Shown: positions 45,001 through 55,903, counted from the stretch's first letter. The stretch: DNA of 64,000 bases from Synechococcus sp. (GCA_051439605.1 JBFRWN010000017.1:96001-160000), one strand, 5' to 3'. Made by a program: numbers and translations. The notes: generated by a model not told the origin, from the sequence alone.

Positions 45001-45336
45001 GTGGAACACCTACTGAACAAGACTGCTGCGCCGGAATATCGGCAGCTGAATGTGGAGGCGCTGATGGCCATTTCCCAGGCGATCGAGGCGAACCCCAACT
45101 TGAAGTTTGACGATTACCTGGTCATGGACGTGCTCATCGGCCATGCGGTGAGATTGGCATGGTTGGAGACCCATCCAAAAGATGCTCATCGCTACCGTTT
45201 GGACGGGGGGTTGAGAGCGCAAGCCTGGTCTGCCTTTTACGAGCGCTCTCCTCACGATTGCGAAGTGTGGGCGATCGAGGCTGTGAAGTACTTGATTGAC
45301 ATGGGGCAGCAGATGAGGCAACCCATTGGGGCTTAG
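42091..45336 (+). CDS. GH15-fold phosphorylase-kinase alpha/beta-like protein
   Basis: GLLPAS, DAWVRDNVY, WGHLQVDA, DYGIWERG, RFLRDG, ECEWPLF, PLVWAQS, MTPGEKNFA, PEYRQL. TTG start. Confidence 0.88.
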   Translation: MVQHFLSRQAQQRAGLARYYDCVRTTILDRQHPISGLLPASTAITEHGDYTDAWVRDNVYSILAVWGLALAYRKVDDGDGRTYELEQSVVKLMRGLLMAMMRQADKVERFKHTQDPLNALHAKYDTATGVVVVGDTEWGHLQVDATSLFLLMLAQMTVSGLRVIFTLDEVNFVQNLVFYISKAYQTPDYGIWERGNKINHGTAELNASSVGMAKAAMEAIHGCNLFGTEGGQASVIHVLSHDVARARATLESLLPRESSSKEVDAAVLSIIGYPAYAIENEALADLTRETIREKLEGPYGCKRFLRDGHQTAIEDNRRLHYEPEELKQFQHIECEWPLFFTYSVLDGLCRGDREQVERYRQKLQSLLVQRDGQQLLPELYVVPPGGIPDERAQPGSQQRYPNANLPLVWAQSLYYLGEMVAEGLLTVEDIDPLGRRYCLGRHAVPVVQVALMAENAALQSELLAFGIETETQAEIAPVQIYGADQLTAAYAQVGRNDSLGLTGCPPQRMRSLATSRIYRLRDRLVVFLPAFLDVNQFYLTIDYHFLVSEIRGELAYLQSHWQLPGRPTMVLLLTRTMLASSSSALLDLMRELQEGRCGTTIVKLGKLRELLRTACTERIDFLHGFEPSRKIVLGDRVMPAYLRFDPGATDLLNSSRELLLECETDLISLLHILRQSGNIYEQAEVLATLHKLQGLNYDTLLGRHEGLDVTVRDLLDEVYDRAVVMQEWSVVRRAAGLLQKVDIGLADAVTDILVRQKVVAVGKSYTDESTIFKPLAQEQIVHKILKFCSEDVREHVLTQEILIFLSVLIRSNPGLFDNLMTLRVSNLILMISGEIARELSLEQDAAYETLMGLSPFEIKTRLQAVLQEYGQFDRVVEQQESLHVSADNPDLQDVEVPDAQVPEPEGGWLRQRKLEGSINRVTSDFYQRVWNIMQRCRGLTIGDKLERRNRLDSRTLLSEMTPGEKNFALAVEHLLNKTAAPEYRQLNVEALMAISQAIEANPNLKFDDYLVMDVLIGHAVRLAWLETHPKDAHRYRLDGGLRAQAWSAFYERSPHDCEVWAIEAVKYLIDMGQQMRQPIGA

Positions 45337-45667
45337 CCACAAATATTATTAGATGTGCCGAAAAGACGGGTTACGCGTTGAGCAAAGAAACAACCGCATC
45401 AGAAGCGAAGCCTCGCACGATCGCTTCTCCTGCTTAAAGCTCCTTTTTGCCGTTCCGTAGCATAGGGGAGGAAAGAATTAAAGACCAAAAAGCTTGTTAA
45501 CTTATGTTAAGCAAGGCTAAGTCTTTGGGTAATTTGATTTACAAGCGGGCCAGGTTGAAAAGAAATCAACTGCCGCAATTGTTTTGTTACTAAATAAGTA
45601 GCACGAGATTGTATGGCGTTCGATCTGGAGTGCAACCAAGCAAGCATCTCTATTTGCAGGGCATCAC

Positions 45668-45967
45668 ATGCAGTACACCATCAGATTTGTTGAGCCAGCT
45701 CAGGGAACTGAGCAATCAGTAGCGGTTGAGCCCGGCGAGAACATATTGGACGCCGCTGACGAGCAGGGAGTGGACTTACCTTATTCTTGTCGAGCAGGTA
45801 AATGTGTTTCTTGTATCGGCAGGATCGTCAGTGGCACAGTCGAGCAGGATCATGACTTTTTGAAGCCCAACGAACTAGATGCAGGGTTTGTTTTAACCTG
45901 CATGGCTCATGCGAAAACTGATTGCGTGATTCACACTCATCAAGAGGATGCTTTATTCGATCTGTAG
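45668..45967 (+). CDS. Plant-type 2Fe-2S ferredoxin
   Basis: DLPYSCRAGKCVSC...LTC, HQED.L. Confidence 0.93.
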   Translation: MQYTIRFVEPAQGTEQSVAVEPGENILDAADEQGVDLPYSCRAGKCVSCIGRIVSGTVEQDHDFLKPNELDAGFVLTCMAHAKTDCVIHTHQEDALFDL

Positions 45968-46210
45968 GCAAACTCTTGGGGGCGAATTCATTTGAGCTCA
46001 GACGTTCTTAATTTCCATACAGGTTCCTCAAATTCAATAATCTAGGGACTTCGTCGAGGTTATAGGCACCTCAACTTGCCAGTAATTATTCGCTGCGTAA
46101 AGACATGAAACTTGTTATGTCTTCGTGGTGGTGAGGCTGCGATCGAGCCCCTAAACTTGTAGGTCAAGGTTGAGTTGAAAACACCTTGTGTCGTTGTGAG
46201 ACTTCAAGCT

Positions 46211-46963
46211 ATGACCTCCCCAAAAATTGCTGCCATGCTAGAAGCCCTAGCCAGTCGTCGCGCTCTGAAAGTGATTAGCGGCTTGCAGAATTTTGATGCC
46301 ACGAGCGTTCGACGAGTGGTACGTGCGGCGGAAATGGGTGGGGCTGCCTGGGTGGATATTGCAGCCGATCGCAGCCTGATCGAGATGGCTCGGCAGGAGA
46401 CTCAACTGCCCATCTGCGTGTCGGCTATAGATCCTGACCTCCTCAAAGGGGCTGTCGAGTCAGGGGCAGACTTTGTGGAAATTGGTAACTACGACAGCTT
46501 CTACGCCTCTGGCCGCGAGTTTTCTGCAGCAGAAGTGTTGCAATTGACCCAGACCACCCGAACCCTGTTGCCCCGTACCCTGTTGTCGGTTACGGTGCCC
46601 CATACGCTGCCCCTCGATCGCCAAGCGGAATTAGCAGAACAACTGGAGACACTAGGGGCAGATTTGATCCAAACGGAGGGGGGCACCAGTAGCACCCCCG
46701 CCCACGCAGGCACCTTGGGGTTAATTGAAAAAGCTGCCCCCACGCTGGCTGCTACCTACGAAATTAGCCGTGTGGTTTCAATTCCCGTGCTGTGCGCATC
46801 GGGATTGTCCACCGTCACCGTTCCCATGGCGATCGCCGCTGGAGCTGCTGGAGTTGGCGTCGGTTCTGCCATCAGCCAACTGGATAATGCAATTGCGGCC
46901 GTCGCTCAGGTGCGGGCATTGGTGGAAGCTCTTTCCAGTACGGAGACTCGCATTTCCGCTTAA
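46211..46963 (+). CDS. ycf23: DUF561 / Ycf23 family protein
   Basis: LKVISGL.NFD, EIGNYDSFY, LSVTVPH, QTEGG, IEKAAPTL. Confidence 0.9.
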   Translation: MTSPKIAAMLEALASRRALKVISGLQNFDATSVRRVVRAAEMGGAAWVDIAADRSLIEMARQETQLPICVSAIDPDLLKGAVESGADFVEIGNYDSFYASGREFSAAEVLQLTQTTRTLLPRTLLSVTVPHTLPLDRQAELAEQLETLGADLIQTEGGTSSTPAHAGTLGLIEKAAPTLAATYEISRVVSIPVLCASGLSTVTVPMAIAAGAAGVGVGSAISQLDNAIAAVAQVRALVEALSSTETRISA

Positions 46964-47079
46964 TTGAATACTTGTCAGGGTTAGGGCATGACAACTTGAA
47001 GCTCCCCCCTCAAGTGAGGTGTCTAGCGTGTGACTTGCCTTGGGCAGATGGAAGACCGATGTAACACTTTGCTTACTAG

Positions 47080-47107
47080 AGACCGGGGCATTAGTTCTCC
47101 GGTTTTT
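47080..47107 (+). terminator. Probable intrinsic terminator after ycf23
   Basis: AGACCGGGG-loop-CTCCGGTTT followed by Ts. Confidence 0.5.
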
Positions 47108-47308
47108 CTATTGCGACTGTGCATCAGCCTGTTTAACAAATCATTAACATTGGTAAACTCCCATCCCAAATACAGATAAGTGGAGAAGCTGCGATCCTCT
47201 CTAGGTTTGGCTTGTGGCGTATTACGAAGCCTTACAGGTAGACGCACAAAACCAGCAGGATACGACCCTCAAAACGCTAAGATAACCTTAAGAATTCAAT
47301 GATTCATA

Positions 47309-49741
47309 GTGACTAACCCTGTGTTGCTTCCTCTAATCCCGTTGCGTGACACAGTGGTTTTTCCACGTTTGGTGGTGCCGTTGTTGATCGGTCGCGCGCG
47401 ATCGCTGGCGGCCCTTGAGGAAGCATTGGAAACTGAAGAGCAGCTGGTGGTGTTGGCGGCTCAAAAACAGGGGGATGTTGAAGATCCTTTGGCCAAAGAT
47501 CTCTTCCGGATGGGCACCATTGCCAAAATTCATCAGGTCATGAGACTACCGGATGAGTCCGTCAAGATTTTGGTGGAAGGACAAAGTCGCATCAGAATTT
47601 CGAAATTTCGTCGTCGCCAACCGGGATTTCAGGTGTATGTCCATCCACTAGCTGTGGAAACTGAGGATGAGTCCCCGAAGCAGCAAAAACGCTTGGATGT
47701 GATGCAGCGGATTTTGCGGGATGAATTTGCTAAATACGTCAGCGCCCATCCCAAGCTGCCAAGTGCCGCCTACGAGTCTGTGCAAGAGATTACGGAACTT
47801 GACCACCTAGCGGATTTGATCGCCTCTTTCTTGCCCATCGAACTAGAGCAGAAGCAAGAATTACTAGCGGAAACAGACCTCTCCAAGTTGCTGATGCGGG
47901 TAAGCCAGCTGTTGCACACCCAAATGAAGCTGGTGGAGATCGAACAAGATATCCATGCACGGGTACGGGAGCGGATTGAGGCCAATCAGAAAGAGTACTA
48001 CTTGCGGGAACAACTGAAGACGATTCAGTCAGAGCTCGGGGATGATGTCGAAGAGGTAACCACGCTGCGCCAGAAAATAGAAGCAGTAGGGATTCCAGAG
48101 GCATCGTGGCCGCGGGTGGAGCGAGAACTAAAGCGATTGGAGCAGCTGCCTGCCATGACTGCGGAGGCGGGAGCGATTCAAAACTATCTCGAGTGGCTGT
48201 CCTCGCTGCCCTGGCAATCGATGCAGAAGGAGACGCTGGATCTGGAGATCGCAGAGGATGTGCTCGAGCGCGAGCATTACGGACAGGACAAAGTGAAAGA
48301 GCGCATCCTGGAATTTTTGGCAGTGCGTCAGCTGTTGGTCAGCCAGGAACAATCTAAGGGGGGCAGTCCTGCGATCCTTTGTCTGGTGGGACCACCAGGG
48401 GTGGGGAAAACTAGTCTGGCGAGATCGATCGCCGATAGCCTGAAGCGCAAACTGGTGAGGGTCAGTCTTGGGGGGGTGCACGACGAATCCGCCATCAGGG
48501 GGCACCGCCGCACCTACATTGGGTCGATGCCCGGTCGGATTTTGCAGGCGTTGCGGGATGTGGGGACGCGCAATCCCGTTATGCTGCTGGATGAAATTGA
48601 CAAGTTGGGCGCGTCTTTTCAGGGGGACCCGGCGGCGGCTTTGCTGGAGGTACTAGACCCCGAACAGAACGCCACCTTTAGCGACCACTTTGTAGAGATT
48701 CCGTTTGACCTGTCGCAAGTGTTCTTTATCTGTACTGCGAATACAGATGACACCATTCCTGCACCGCTGCTCGATCGCATGGACGTGATTCGACTGGGGG
48801 GATATACAGAAGCGGAAAAAGTGGCGATCGCCCGTAAGCATCTGATCCCTAAACAGATTGCCAAACATGGTTTGGAACCGGATGCTCTAGAGCTACAAAA
48901 GTCGGCTCTGCAGAGGCTGATTCGGGAATATACACGGGAAGCGGGAGTGCGCAACCTCGAACGCCGAGTCGGTGCCCTCTGTCGTAAGGTGGCTCGCAAA
49001 TTGCTGGCTTCTCCGAAACAGCGACGCCGCCGGATTAGTGCCAGCAATCTGGAATCCTATCTCGGTACACCTATTTATCTGCAAGAGAGTAAGGATCGCA
49101 AAAATCAGGTGGGCATTTGCACTGGCTTGGCCTGGACCCCCTACGGCGGCTGTACCCTGCCAATTGAGGTGAACGTCATGCCCGGCAAAGGTAAACTGCA
49201 GCTTACCGGCCAGCTAGGAGATGTGATGAAGGAGTCCGCCCAAGCGGCATTTAGCTACATTCGCTCCCATTCTGAAGAGCTGCGGGTGACGGACGGATTC
49301 CCCGATCAGGTGGACGTTCATATTCATATTCCCGAAGGGGCAACGCCGAAGGACGGTCCTTCGGCAGGTATTGCGATGGCGACTGCCCTTGTCTCTGCTT
49401 TATCTGGGCGATCGGTGCGACATGACGTGGCCATGACCGGCGAGATAACGCTGCGGGGACGAGTGCTACCCATTGGGGGATTAAAGGAAAAATCGCTAGC
49501 GGCCAAGCAGGTGGGCATCAAAACAGTGTTGCTGCCGAAGGCCAATCAAAAAGATTTGCAGGCTATCCCTGAGGAAGTGAAGCGCAACTTGGACCTGCGG
49601 CCAGTGGAGCACCTGTCGGAGGTACTGGACTGTGCCCTAGAAAAACCCCATAAGGGGGAGACCCGCACGTTTGTGCTGCCCTGGGTGAAGGTGGGGGGCG
49701 CTGCGGCACTGGGTGAGGGACCCAGTCTGAATCCTTCTTGA
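47309..49741 (+). CDS. lon: ATP-dependent Lon protease (endopeptidase La), full length
   Basis: N-domain PLRDTVVFP, Walker [17 protein letters not shown], Walker B LLDEIDK, DGPSAG catalytic Ser, GLKEK catalytic Lys. Confidence 0.96.
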   Translation: MTNPVLLPLIPLRDTVVFPRLVVPLLIGRARSLAALEEALETEEQLVVLAAQKQGDVEDPLAKDLFRMGTIAKIHQVMRLPDESVKILVEGQSRIRISKFRRRQPGFQVYVHPLAVETEDESPKQQKRLDVMQRILRDEFAKYVSAHPKLPSAAYESVQEITELDHLADLIASFLPIELEQKQELLAETDLSKLLMRVSQLLHTQMKLVEIEQDIHARVRERIEANQKEYYLREQLKTIQSELGDDVEEVTTLRQKIEAVGIPEASWPRVERELKRLEQLPAMTAEAGAIQNYLEWLSSLPWQSMQKETLDLEIAEDVLEREHYGQDKVKERILEFLAVRQLLVSQEQSKGGSPAILCLVGPPGVGKTSLARSIADSLKRKLVRVSLGGVHDESAIRGHRRTYIGSMPGRILQALRDVGTRNPVMLLDEIDKLGASFQGDPAAALLEVLDPEQNATFSDHFVEIPFDLSQVFFICTANTDDTIPAPLLDRMDVIRLGGYTEAEKVAIARKHLIPKQIAKHGLEPDALELQKSALQRLIREYTREAGVRNLERRVGALCRKVARKLLASPKQRRRRISASNLESYLGTPIYLQESKDRKNQVGICTGLAWTPYGGCTLPIEVNVMPGKGKLQLTGQLGDVMKESAQAAFSYIRSHSEELRVTDGFPDQVDVHIHIPEGATPKDGPSAGIAMATALVSALSGRSVRHDVAMTGEITLRGRVLPIGGLKEKSLAAKQVGIKTVLLPKANQKDLQAIPEEVKRNLDLRPVEHLSEVLDCALEKPHKGETRTFVLPWVKVGGAAALGEGPSLNPS

Positions 49742-49793
49742 ACGTCGAATGCCTGTTGACTGAATTGGCATCTAGAAAGATTGATGCGATCGT

Positions 49794-50858
49794 CTAAATA
49801 GGTCCCAAGTTGGATTGGGCTGCCTGGGGATTGCTGTCTTCTGTGGCGGAAAAGACCCCGGCTTCGTATCCTTTGGAGGCAAGGAAACGCACTTGATCGA
49901 GGGCTTCGGCCTCTGTGGAGTAAGCTCCGGTGCGCACCACTTGTTGCTGGTTGTAGAGGGTAGGTTGAGCCTCCGGCACGATCGCTTTGACGGCGGGATA
50001 ATTTTGGCCGATGGGATCTGCAATCAGTACCCAGTAGACAGCTATAGGGGCAGCTGCTTGTGGGGCAGGCACTTGAGGTGTTTGAGGGGCAGCTGTCAGT
50101 GGGGCAGCCGTCTGAGAATCGGCAGATTGTGTAGCGGAGTCATCGGTGGGGGCAGCGATCGCCGTCCATCCCTGCTCGGCGAGCCAATCTGCCTGCAGTT
50201 GGGCTTGCGATCGGCTGGAAAAGCTGCCGGTTTGGATGGAGGGTTCACCAGCACGGGACCGCAGAGAGGCTTGGGGGAAATAGTGCTGAAGTTTTTGTAG
50301 GGCCTCTTCCGGAGGGGTTTCAGGGGGGATAGAGGCCAGCGTAGTATAGCGGCGATCTGCGGTCTGGGTTGGGGATGGCTGACTAGCCGTTGCAGTTGGC
50401 TCTGGGCTTTTGGCGGTATTGCCTGTGGAGTCAGAGGCGGTTGTGATACTACCGGAGTTTTCGCTGGCCTCAGCAATAGTCTCTGTGGCCTCTGGCTCGT
50501 AGCTCTTGATGGTGCTGGAAACGTTTAGCGCATTGAGGATGGCTGCTTGTTCGCGAGCATTTTCTTCTTTGGCAAACGTACCAGCCACGATCGCCTCTTT
50601 ACCATCGGGGGCGGTAGCGATGTAGGCGTCCGGCACTTTAGTGCGAACGGTGGCCAACACGTCGGGAGAATTGGAGAGCACGGCCACTTGGAAGAATGGG
50701 TCTGCGGCCACCCGGGTGGAGATGGCTAGAGTCGGGAATGCAAGCGCAGCAAACGCCATCATGGTGGAGGCCACAATTCTCCGCTGTGTCTGAGGGGGAA
50801 CGCGTACCGTAAAGATGAGGGACCTTACGCTGATGGATGGTTCGATTAATTGCAACAC
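49794..50858 (-). CDS. Exported protein with three SPOR-like repeats
   Basis: GTG start with GGAGG RBS, hydrophobic segment, repeats AGTF...NA / TGSF...QA / TGAY...EA, low-complexity linkers. Confidence 0.65.
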   Translation of the reverse strand: MLQLIEPSISVRSLIFTVRVPPQTQRRIVASTMMAFAALAFPTLAISTRVAADPFFQVAVLSNSPDVLATVRTKVPDAYIATAPDGKEAIVAGTFAKEENAREQAAILNALNVSSTIKSYEPEATETIAEASENSGSITTASDSTGNTAKSPEPTATASQPSPTQTADRRYTTLASIPPETPPEEALQKLQHYFPQASLRSRAGEPSIQTGSFSSRSQAQLQADWLAEQGWTAIAAPTDDSATQSADSQTAAPLTAAPQTPQVPAPQAAAPIAVYWVLIADPIGQNYPAVKAIVPEAQPTLYNQQQVVRTGAYSTEAEALDQVRFLASKGYEAGVFSATEDSNPQAAQSNLGPI

Positions 50859-50984
50859 GCCGACTCCTCCGTCTTGTCTTGAACTTGACCGTACCTCAAC
50901 CGGTGGAGAAAGGATGGTGCTTTAACGTAAAAATAACCCCATGGGTGGTGTTGTTTGCAAAAGTCAAGGGACGGTATTCCGCAT

Positions 50985-51002
50985 GTTACAAACTTTTACA
51001 AA
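50985..51002 (+). promoter_or_regulatory. HLR1 motif (RpaB binding site)
   Basis: GTTACAAA-CT-TTTACAAA matches (G/T)TTACA(T/A)(T/A)-N2-repeat exactly; 128 bp upstream of ftsH. Confidence 0.7.
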
Positions 51003-51130
51003 AAACTAATCTGTGCCACCCTGAATATAGATGGTATCGGACAAAAACCAGCGAGATCGGGGGTGAAGTTTGCTGGTCAACAGCATGTTCTAGCCATTTA
51101 CCCATTGCTGCATCGATAGAGGTCTACAAA

Positions 51131-53029
51131 ATGGGAATCAACGATAAACCGCGTAATTCGCGCAACCGCACCATCGGCAATGTGTTGCTGGCGATCGCCG
51201 GATCGATTTTGTTACTCAACCTGATTGGTCCGCTGTTTTTCGGGCCGCAAACCCCGAGAGTCCCCTACAGCTTTTTCATCGACAAGGTGGAGGATGGCTT
51301 GGTCGAACGCGTTCAGGTGGGCCAGGAAAAGATCTTGTTCCAGGTGAACGAGGGTGAGAAAGAGGCAATTTACTCCACCACTCCGATTTTCGATTTGGAC
51401 TTGCCCAAGCGCCTTGAAGATAAAGGCATCGAATTCGCGGCTGCCCCTCCCCCTCAAAACCGTTGGTTCTCCAATATTTTGGGTTGGGTGATTCCCCCCC
51501 TGATTTTTGTGGCGGTGTGGCAGTTCTTTTTGGGACGCGGCATCGGTGGAGGAGGCCAGGGGGCGCTGTCCATTAGTAAGAGTAAGGCCAAAGTCTACGT
51601 TGAAGGGGAATCCACCCGAACGACGTTTGCAGATGTAGCCGGGGTGGAAGAAGCCAAAGCGGAACTGGAGGAAATCGTCGAGTTCCTTAAAAACCCCCGC
51701 AAGTACACCAATATCGGCGCCCGCATTCCTAAAGGGGTCTTGCTAGTTGGCCCTCCCGGCACCGGTAAAACTCTGCTGGCAAAAGCTGTTGCCGGTGAAG
51801 CTGGAGTGACATTCTTCAGCATTTCTGGCTCCGAGTTTGTGGAGTTGTTTGTGGGTGCGGGGGCAGCACGGGTGCGCGACTTGTTTGAGCAAGGGAAAAA
51901 GCAAGCTCCTTGCATCATATTCATTGACGAATTGGATGCAATTGGTAAATCCCGAGCCACTGGTGGTTTTGTCGGTGGTAGCGACGAGCGGGAGCAAACC
52001 CTGAACCAGCTTTTGACGGAAATGGACGGCTTTGCGGCGGGGGACAATACCGTAATTGTGTTAGCAGCCACCAATCGCCCCGAAACCCTAGACCCCGCTC
52101 TGTTGCGTCCTGGTCGTTTCGATCGCCAAGTGCTGGTCGATCGCCCCGACCTATCAGGTCGTCTGGAAATCCTCCAGATTTATGCCCGTAAAGTGAAGTT
52201 GGGGGATGACGTCGACCTGAGAGCGATCGCGACTCGCACTTCGGGTTTTGCCGGTGCCGATTTGGCCAATTTAGTGAACGAAGCAGCACTGCTGGCCGCC
52301 CGCTCCGGCCGTACGACGGTGGCTCAAGAGGACTTTGGAGAGGCGATTGAACGGGTGGTTGCGGGTCTGGAGAAGAAGAGCCGCGTGCTCAACGATCGCG
52401 AGAAAGAGATCGTGGCCTTTCACGAAGTCGGTCACGCGCTGGTGGGGGCTGCGGTTCCTGGCGGAAACGAGGTGGCAAAGATTTCGATTGTGCCACGCGG
52501 TATGGCGGCGTTGGGTTACACTCTACAGCTTCCGACTGAGGATCGGTTCTTAAATGACGAGACCGAATTGCGCGGCCAGATTGCCACGCTGTTGGGGGGC
52601 CGGTCGGCTGAGGAGATTATCTTTGGCAACGTCACCACTGGTGCGGCGAATGACCTGCAGCGGGCCACCGATGTGGCGGAGCGAATGGTAACCAGCTACG
52701 GCATGAGCAAAGTCCTGGGTCCTTTAGCTTACGATCGCCCGCAGTCCAATATGTTTCTGGGGGATGGGGTTGGCAATCCTCGCCGGATGGTGAGCGATGA
52801 AACGGCTCGGGCGATCGATGAGGAAGTGAAGGGAATTGTGGAAGGGGGTCACCAGTTGGCTCTGTCCATCCTGAAGGAGAATCGCGATTTGCTGGAAGAG
52901 ATTGCTCGCAAGATTCTGGAGCAGGAGGTGATTGAGGGGGATGAGTTGAAGTCCTTGCTCGCTCGCCTCAACTCTAGCCATGTATCAGCGCAGAAGGATG
53001 AAACCGGAGTTGAGACAATCGCAGCCTAA
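51131..53029 (+). CDS. ftsH: ATP-dependent zinc metalloprotease FtsH (FtsH4-type)
   Basis: [42 protein letters not shown]. Start placed at ATG 51131. Confidence 0.95.
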   Translation: MGINDKPRNSRNRTIGNVLLAIAGSILLLNLIGPLFFGPQTPRVPYSFFIDKVEDGLVERVQVGQEKILFQVNEGEKEAIYSTTPIFDLDLPKRLEDKGIEFAAAPPPQNRWFSNILGWVIPPLIFVAVWQFFLGRGIGGGGQGALSISKSKAKVYVEGESTRTTFADVAGVEEAKAELEEIVEFLKNPRKYTNIGARIPKGVLLVGPPGTGKTLLAKAVAGEAGVTFFSISGSEFVELFVGAGAARVRDLFEQGKKQAPCIIFIDELDAIGKSRATGGFVGGSDEREQTLNQLLTEMDGFAAGDNTVIVLAATNRPETLDPALLRPGRFDRQVLVDRPDLSGRLEILQIYARKVKLGDDVDLRAIATRTSGFAGADLANLVNEAALLAARSGRTTVAQEDFGEAIERVVAGLEKKSRVLNDREKEIVAFHEVGHALVGAAVPGGNEVAKISIVPRGMAALGYTLQLPTEDRFLNDETELRGQIATLLGGRSAEEIIFGNVTTGAANDLQRATDVAERMVTSYGMSKVLGPLAYDRPQSNMFLGDGVGNPRRMVSDETARAIDEEVKGIVEGGHQLALSILKENRDLLEEIARKILEQEVIEGDELKSLLARLNSSHVSAQKDETGVETIAA

Positions 53030-53055
53030 GTTGCATTTGAAATGTTATGTGAATG

Positions 53056-53080
53056 AAGCGGGTCTATGACCCGCTTTTTT
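53056..53080 (+). terminator. Intrinsic terminator of ftsH
   Basis: AAGCGGGTC-TAT-GACCCGCTT followed by a T-tract. Confidence 0.8.
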
Positions 53081-53709
53081 GATTAGCTAAATACTTTGGT
53101 GTCAATAGTCTTTTGCAGTGGGTTCTATTTGCCAGAATGGGAACGAATCGGCATGAGCTCTGTGCTCGGGAGGCCATTTTGCGTAGGTTTGATAATATTC
53201 CAGCGGGCCAAGTCAACAATCTTCTCTCTATGGAATGCATTCCCCCCTGGCAGCGAGTGACAATTTTGATTGAGGAAGATCTACCAGAGGGGGTTAACCG
53301 TCCATCACAAGAGGGATACCCAAGAGGGAGCCACCCTCCTAATGATTCTCAAGGTTTTCCCAACCCTGCCACTGGCAGCTAGACCTGAAATTTCTCAACG
53401 AACAAAGCGGGTGATTTTCTCGCTTTTGATATTGCTGAAGCCAGTTCTGTGCTGGCTGTTGCCCTTCCAGTCAGGACGGCAAGAACTTTGTCCAATATGG
53501 GTTCTGCAATGGTTGAGCTGTCGCAACCTTTCCCTCCACACAGGATTGTCGGTGAAGAGGGATTTATCCACCATTACCGTACAGCAGCGCATCATAGTTA
53601 GCGGGGGATTGCTAGCAGATCTTCTGCCTACCATACTGGGCCATGACTGTTGCTCGGGTTGCCATGCAATCTGCGTGGAAGTTAGGCTGAGCTCTGTCGC
53701 GACCTGTTG

Positions 53710-54123
53710 CTAGTCGGTGATTTTGGTTTTTCCTGCTAGCTGATACATGGTTTCAACAGAAGCGTGCATCGAGTCTTTAACCCGAGTAACTTCTTCCTCC
53801 CCCATTTCTTCCACAACAGCCATGTTGAGCTTGCGAACAAGCTTGATAAAGCGATCGACTTCTTCCCGCAAGGACTGATACCGCCGTTCGCTAGTTAAAA
53901 CAGGGTTAGCCCCATACCAAAGCCCTATCTCCAAAAACACTAAGCCAATGGTGACTGCAATCAATTTCAGGGTGTCATCTGCAAACAGAACGAAACCGCT
54001 GTAAATGATGAGAAGACCTGTAAGAGTCGAAACAACAGGAGCTTTTTGATTCAGTCGACGACGCCAGGAAACTTTGGAGGAGGGAGGCATAGGTAAACTC
54101 ATAACCAGAGAATAATGTCTCAT
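53710..54123 (-). CDS. Hypothetical two-TM protein with C-terminal helical domain
   Basis: Two hydrophobic helices then RRYQSLREEVDRFIKLVRKLN. Start uncertain. Confidence 0.65.
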   Translation of the reverse strand: MRHYSLVMSLPMPPSSKVSWRRRLNQKAPVVSTLTGLLIIYSGFVLFADDTLKLIAVTIGLVFLEIGLWYGANPVLTSERRYQSLREEVDRFIKLVRKLNMAVVEEMGEEEVTRVKDSMHASVETMYQLAGKTKITD

Positions 54124-55062
54124 CACTAAGATTCCCACTCAACGTCCACTGCATTCACGAAGTGAGATATATCACCCTATTGAACCTACTATTGCTATTG
54201 CACTTGAAAATTGTTTATAGTTTTACATCGACTTTATGTTACGTTGTAAAATTTTATCCCGCAAAAATAAAGGTTCAATGACACTGCAGGATTGCTGTTC
54301 TCCAAGTGATTTTCCGATCTTTCTTTAGCTTGATAATATTGATCGACTAGAATGTTGTATTGTCATAAGAAAAACTGTAAGAGATGGCAGTCATTTGTTG
54401 TGTTTTTGAGTATTTGCGTATGTTTTAATCGTGAATAAGCACCAAGTTTGCCCAGATTTACTTGAGCTTTTAAGTGAAGGATAGACTTGGATCATGACGT
54501 GAAAACATTAATTTTTTAACCATTTCGCCTGGCTGAATAAGTCTCACATCAGATGGGAATTGAGCTATTGAGCTATCCCTGTTTATGCATGCCGAAGTAT
54601 TACTGACAATTCTCCTAGACAAGGGCTACAGGGTTCAGGATTAGATAAATGGCGCGATAAAATTTCACAAACCTCTGATTTGAAAAAGTGGAAATACTTG
54701 AGTCCTTGCTGAAGCCCATGCAGTTTTTACTCAGTTAGCCTAAAGCTATTACTATTAACTCAAGCTTATAGCTGTCAAAAAACGATTAAAACTCGCTCAA
54801 GCTATCGCCAATATTGTATAGAGTCATGCCTTGACGCTTTATTCCTATCAAGAATTACTTTCCAAGGTGGTAACTAGCAAATTACGTTGTTGTAGTCTTT
54901 GTTGGTTACCTCCCTGCAAGCCCTTTAGAGCCAATCTCTTTCTCTCTTTCTGGAGATTGTGAGATGTTGCGTATTCCACAGGGGTTAGTTGGGCAGACTG
55001 TGTGAGCAAGATGCAGAGTCTGCATTGAGTTTGGAGTGCATACCGCAAGAGGTTTTTTAGGC

Positions 55063-55839
55063 ATGAAACTTACCCCCTTGGCGATCGCCCTGAGTGCCAC
55101 TGTTGGATTGACCCTCTGCTTTGGGGGCGAGAACGCCGCCATTGCTCAGCAGATGGATGATAGCGCTGGCAATTCCCAGCTGCTTGCTCAGTTTCGGGTT
55201 AACACACCTGGCCCTGGCGGCATCAATATCGATGTGGGCGGCGGCAGTTCCGACTCGGACAACACGGAGGACACTAACACCTCCAACAGCCAACCCGAAA
55301 ATAACCAATCTGCCGCAGCCTCAGGTGATGCGGGGGATTTTTCCGGAGAATTCAGCGCCTACGAGGATGACTTCAACGGGTTTGCCATCAATGTACCGGT
55401 AGAATTTACCCTCAGCTCCAAAGGACAAACCACCGATTGGCAGGGGCCAATCTTGGATGGTTTGGGCACCCTGATCTACATCAATTCGGCCCCAATTCCC
55501 GGTGTCTCGTCACAAACTCTTTACGACGCAAATTTCCAGCAATATCAACAGGATCGCTTCTACATCGAGGTCGAGCCTGTAGAAATTTTCTTCAAGGAAG
55601 AGGGGAAAGAACCCATTCGCGTGCCCGCCTTCAGTGCCAAAGAAGTCGACAATCAGAGGGGAACTCGGGATTCCAAACTGCCCGACGATATTCACCGCTG
55701 GCACCTATTCGTGTTTGGCAATGAGCGCACCTATACACTGGGTTTCACTGGTTCTTTCCAGACCTTCCAAGATAACGATGTGCAGGATGTTTACGAGCAA
55801 GTGCTAGCATCCGTTCGTCTGATTCCCATCGTGGAATAA
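55063..55839 (+). CDS. Secreted hypothetical protein, possibly PsbP-like fold
   Basis: Signal peptide ending AAIA, Ser/Asn linker, YEDDFNGFAINVP, ends VYEQVLASVRL. Confidence 0.75.
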   Translation: MKLTPLAIALSATVGLTLCFGGENAAIAQQMDDSAGNSQLLAQFRVNTPGPGGINIDVGGGSSDSDNTEDTNTSNSQPENNQSAAASGDAGDFSGEFSAYEDDFNGFAINVPVEFTLSSKGQTTDWQGPILDGLGTLIYINSAPIPGVSSQTLYDANFQQYQQDRFYIEVEPVEIFFKEEGKEPIRVPAFSAKEVDNQRGTRDSKLPDDIHRWHLFVFGNERTYTLGFTGSFQTFQDNDVQDVYEQVLASVRLIPIVE

Positions 55840-55866
55840 TATAGACAACCAGGATATACAGTCCAT

Positions 55867-55903
55867 TGAAAGATCCTCCTCAAAAATTGGGGGGGATCTT
55901 TCA
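55867..55903. terminator. Bidirectional terminator-like hairpin
   Basis: TGAAAGATCCTCCTCA / TGGGGGGGATCTTTCA between convergent genes. Confidence 0.65.

Noticed and set aside
47131..47160. TTAACA direct repeats upstream of lon
   Set aside because: Imperfect match to both HLR1 and Pho consensus; no CIRCE element either.
50837..51130. 98-aa N-terminal extension of FtsH in the ORF track
   Set aside because: Overlaps the divergent gene and the HLR1 promoter; similarity to FtsH4 begins at Met 51131.
54990..55035. GGGCAGAC..GTGA..GATGCAGAG resembling a c-di-GMP-I riboswitch
   Set aside because: Deviates from GGCAAAC/GACGCAAAG and lacks the second stem and tetraloop receptor. An Rfam scan would settle it.
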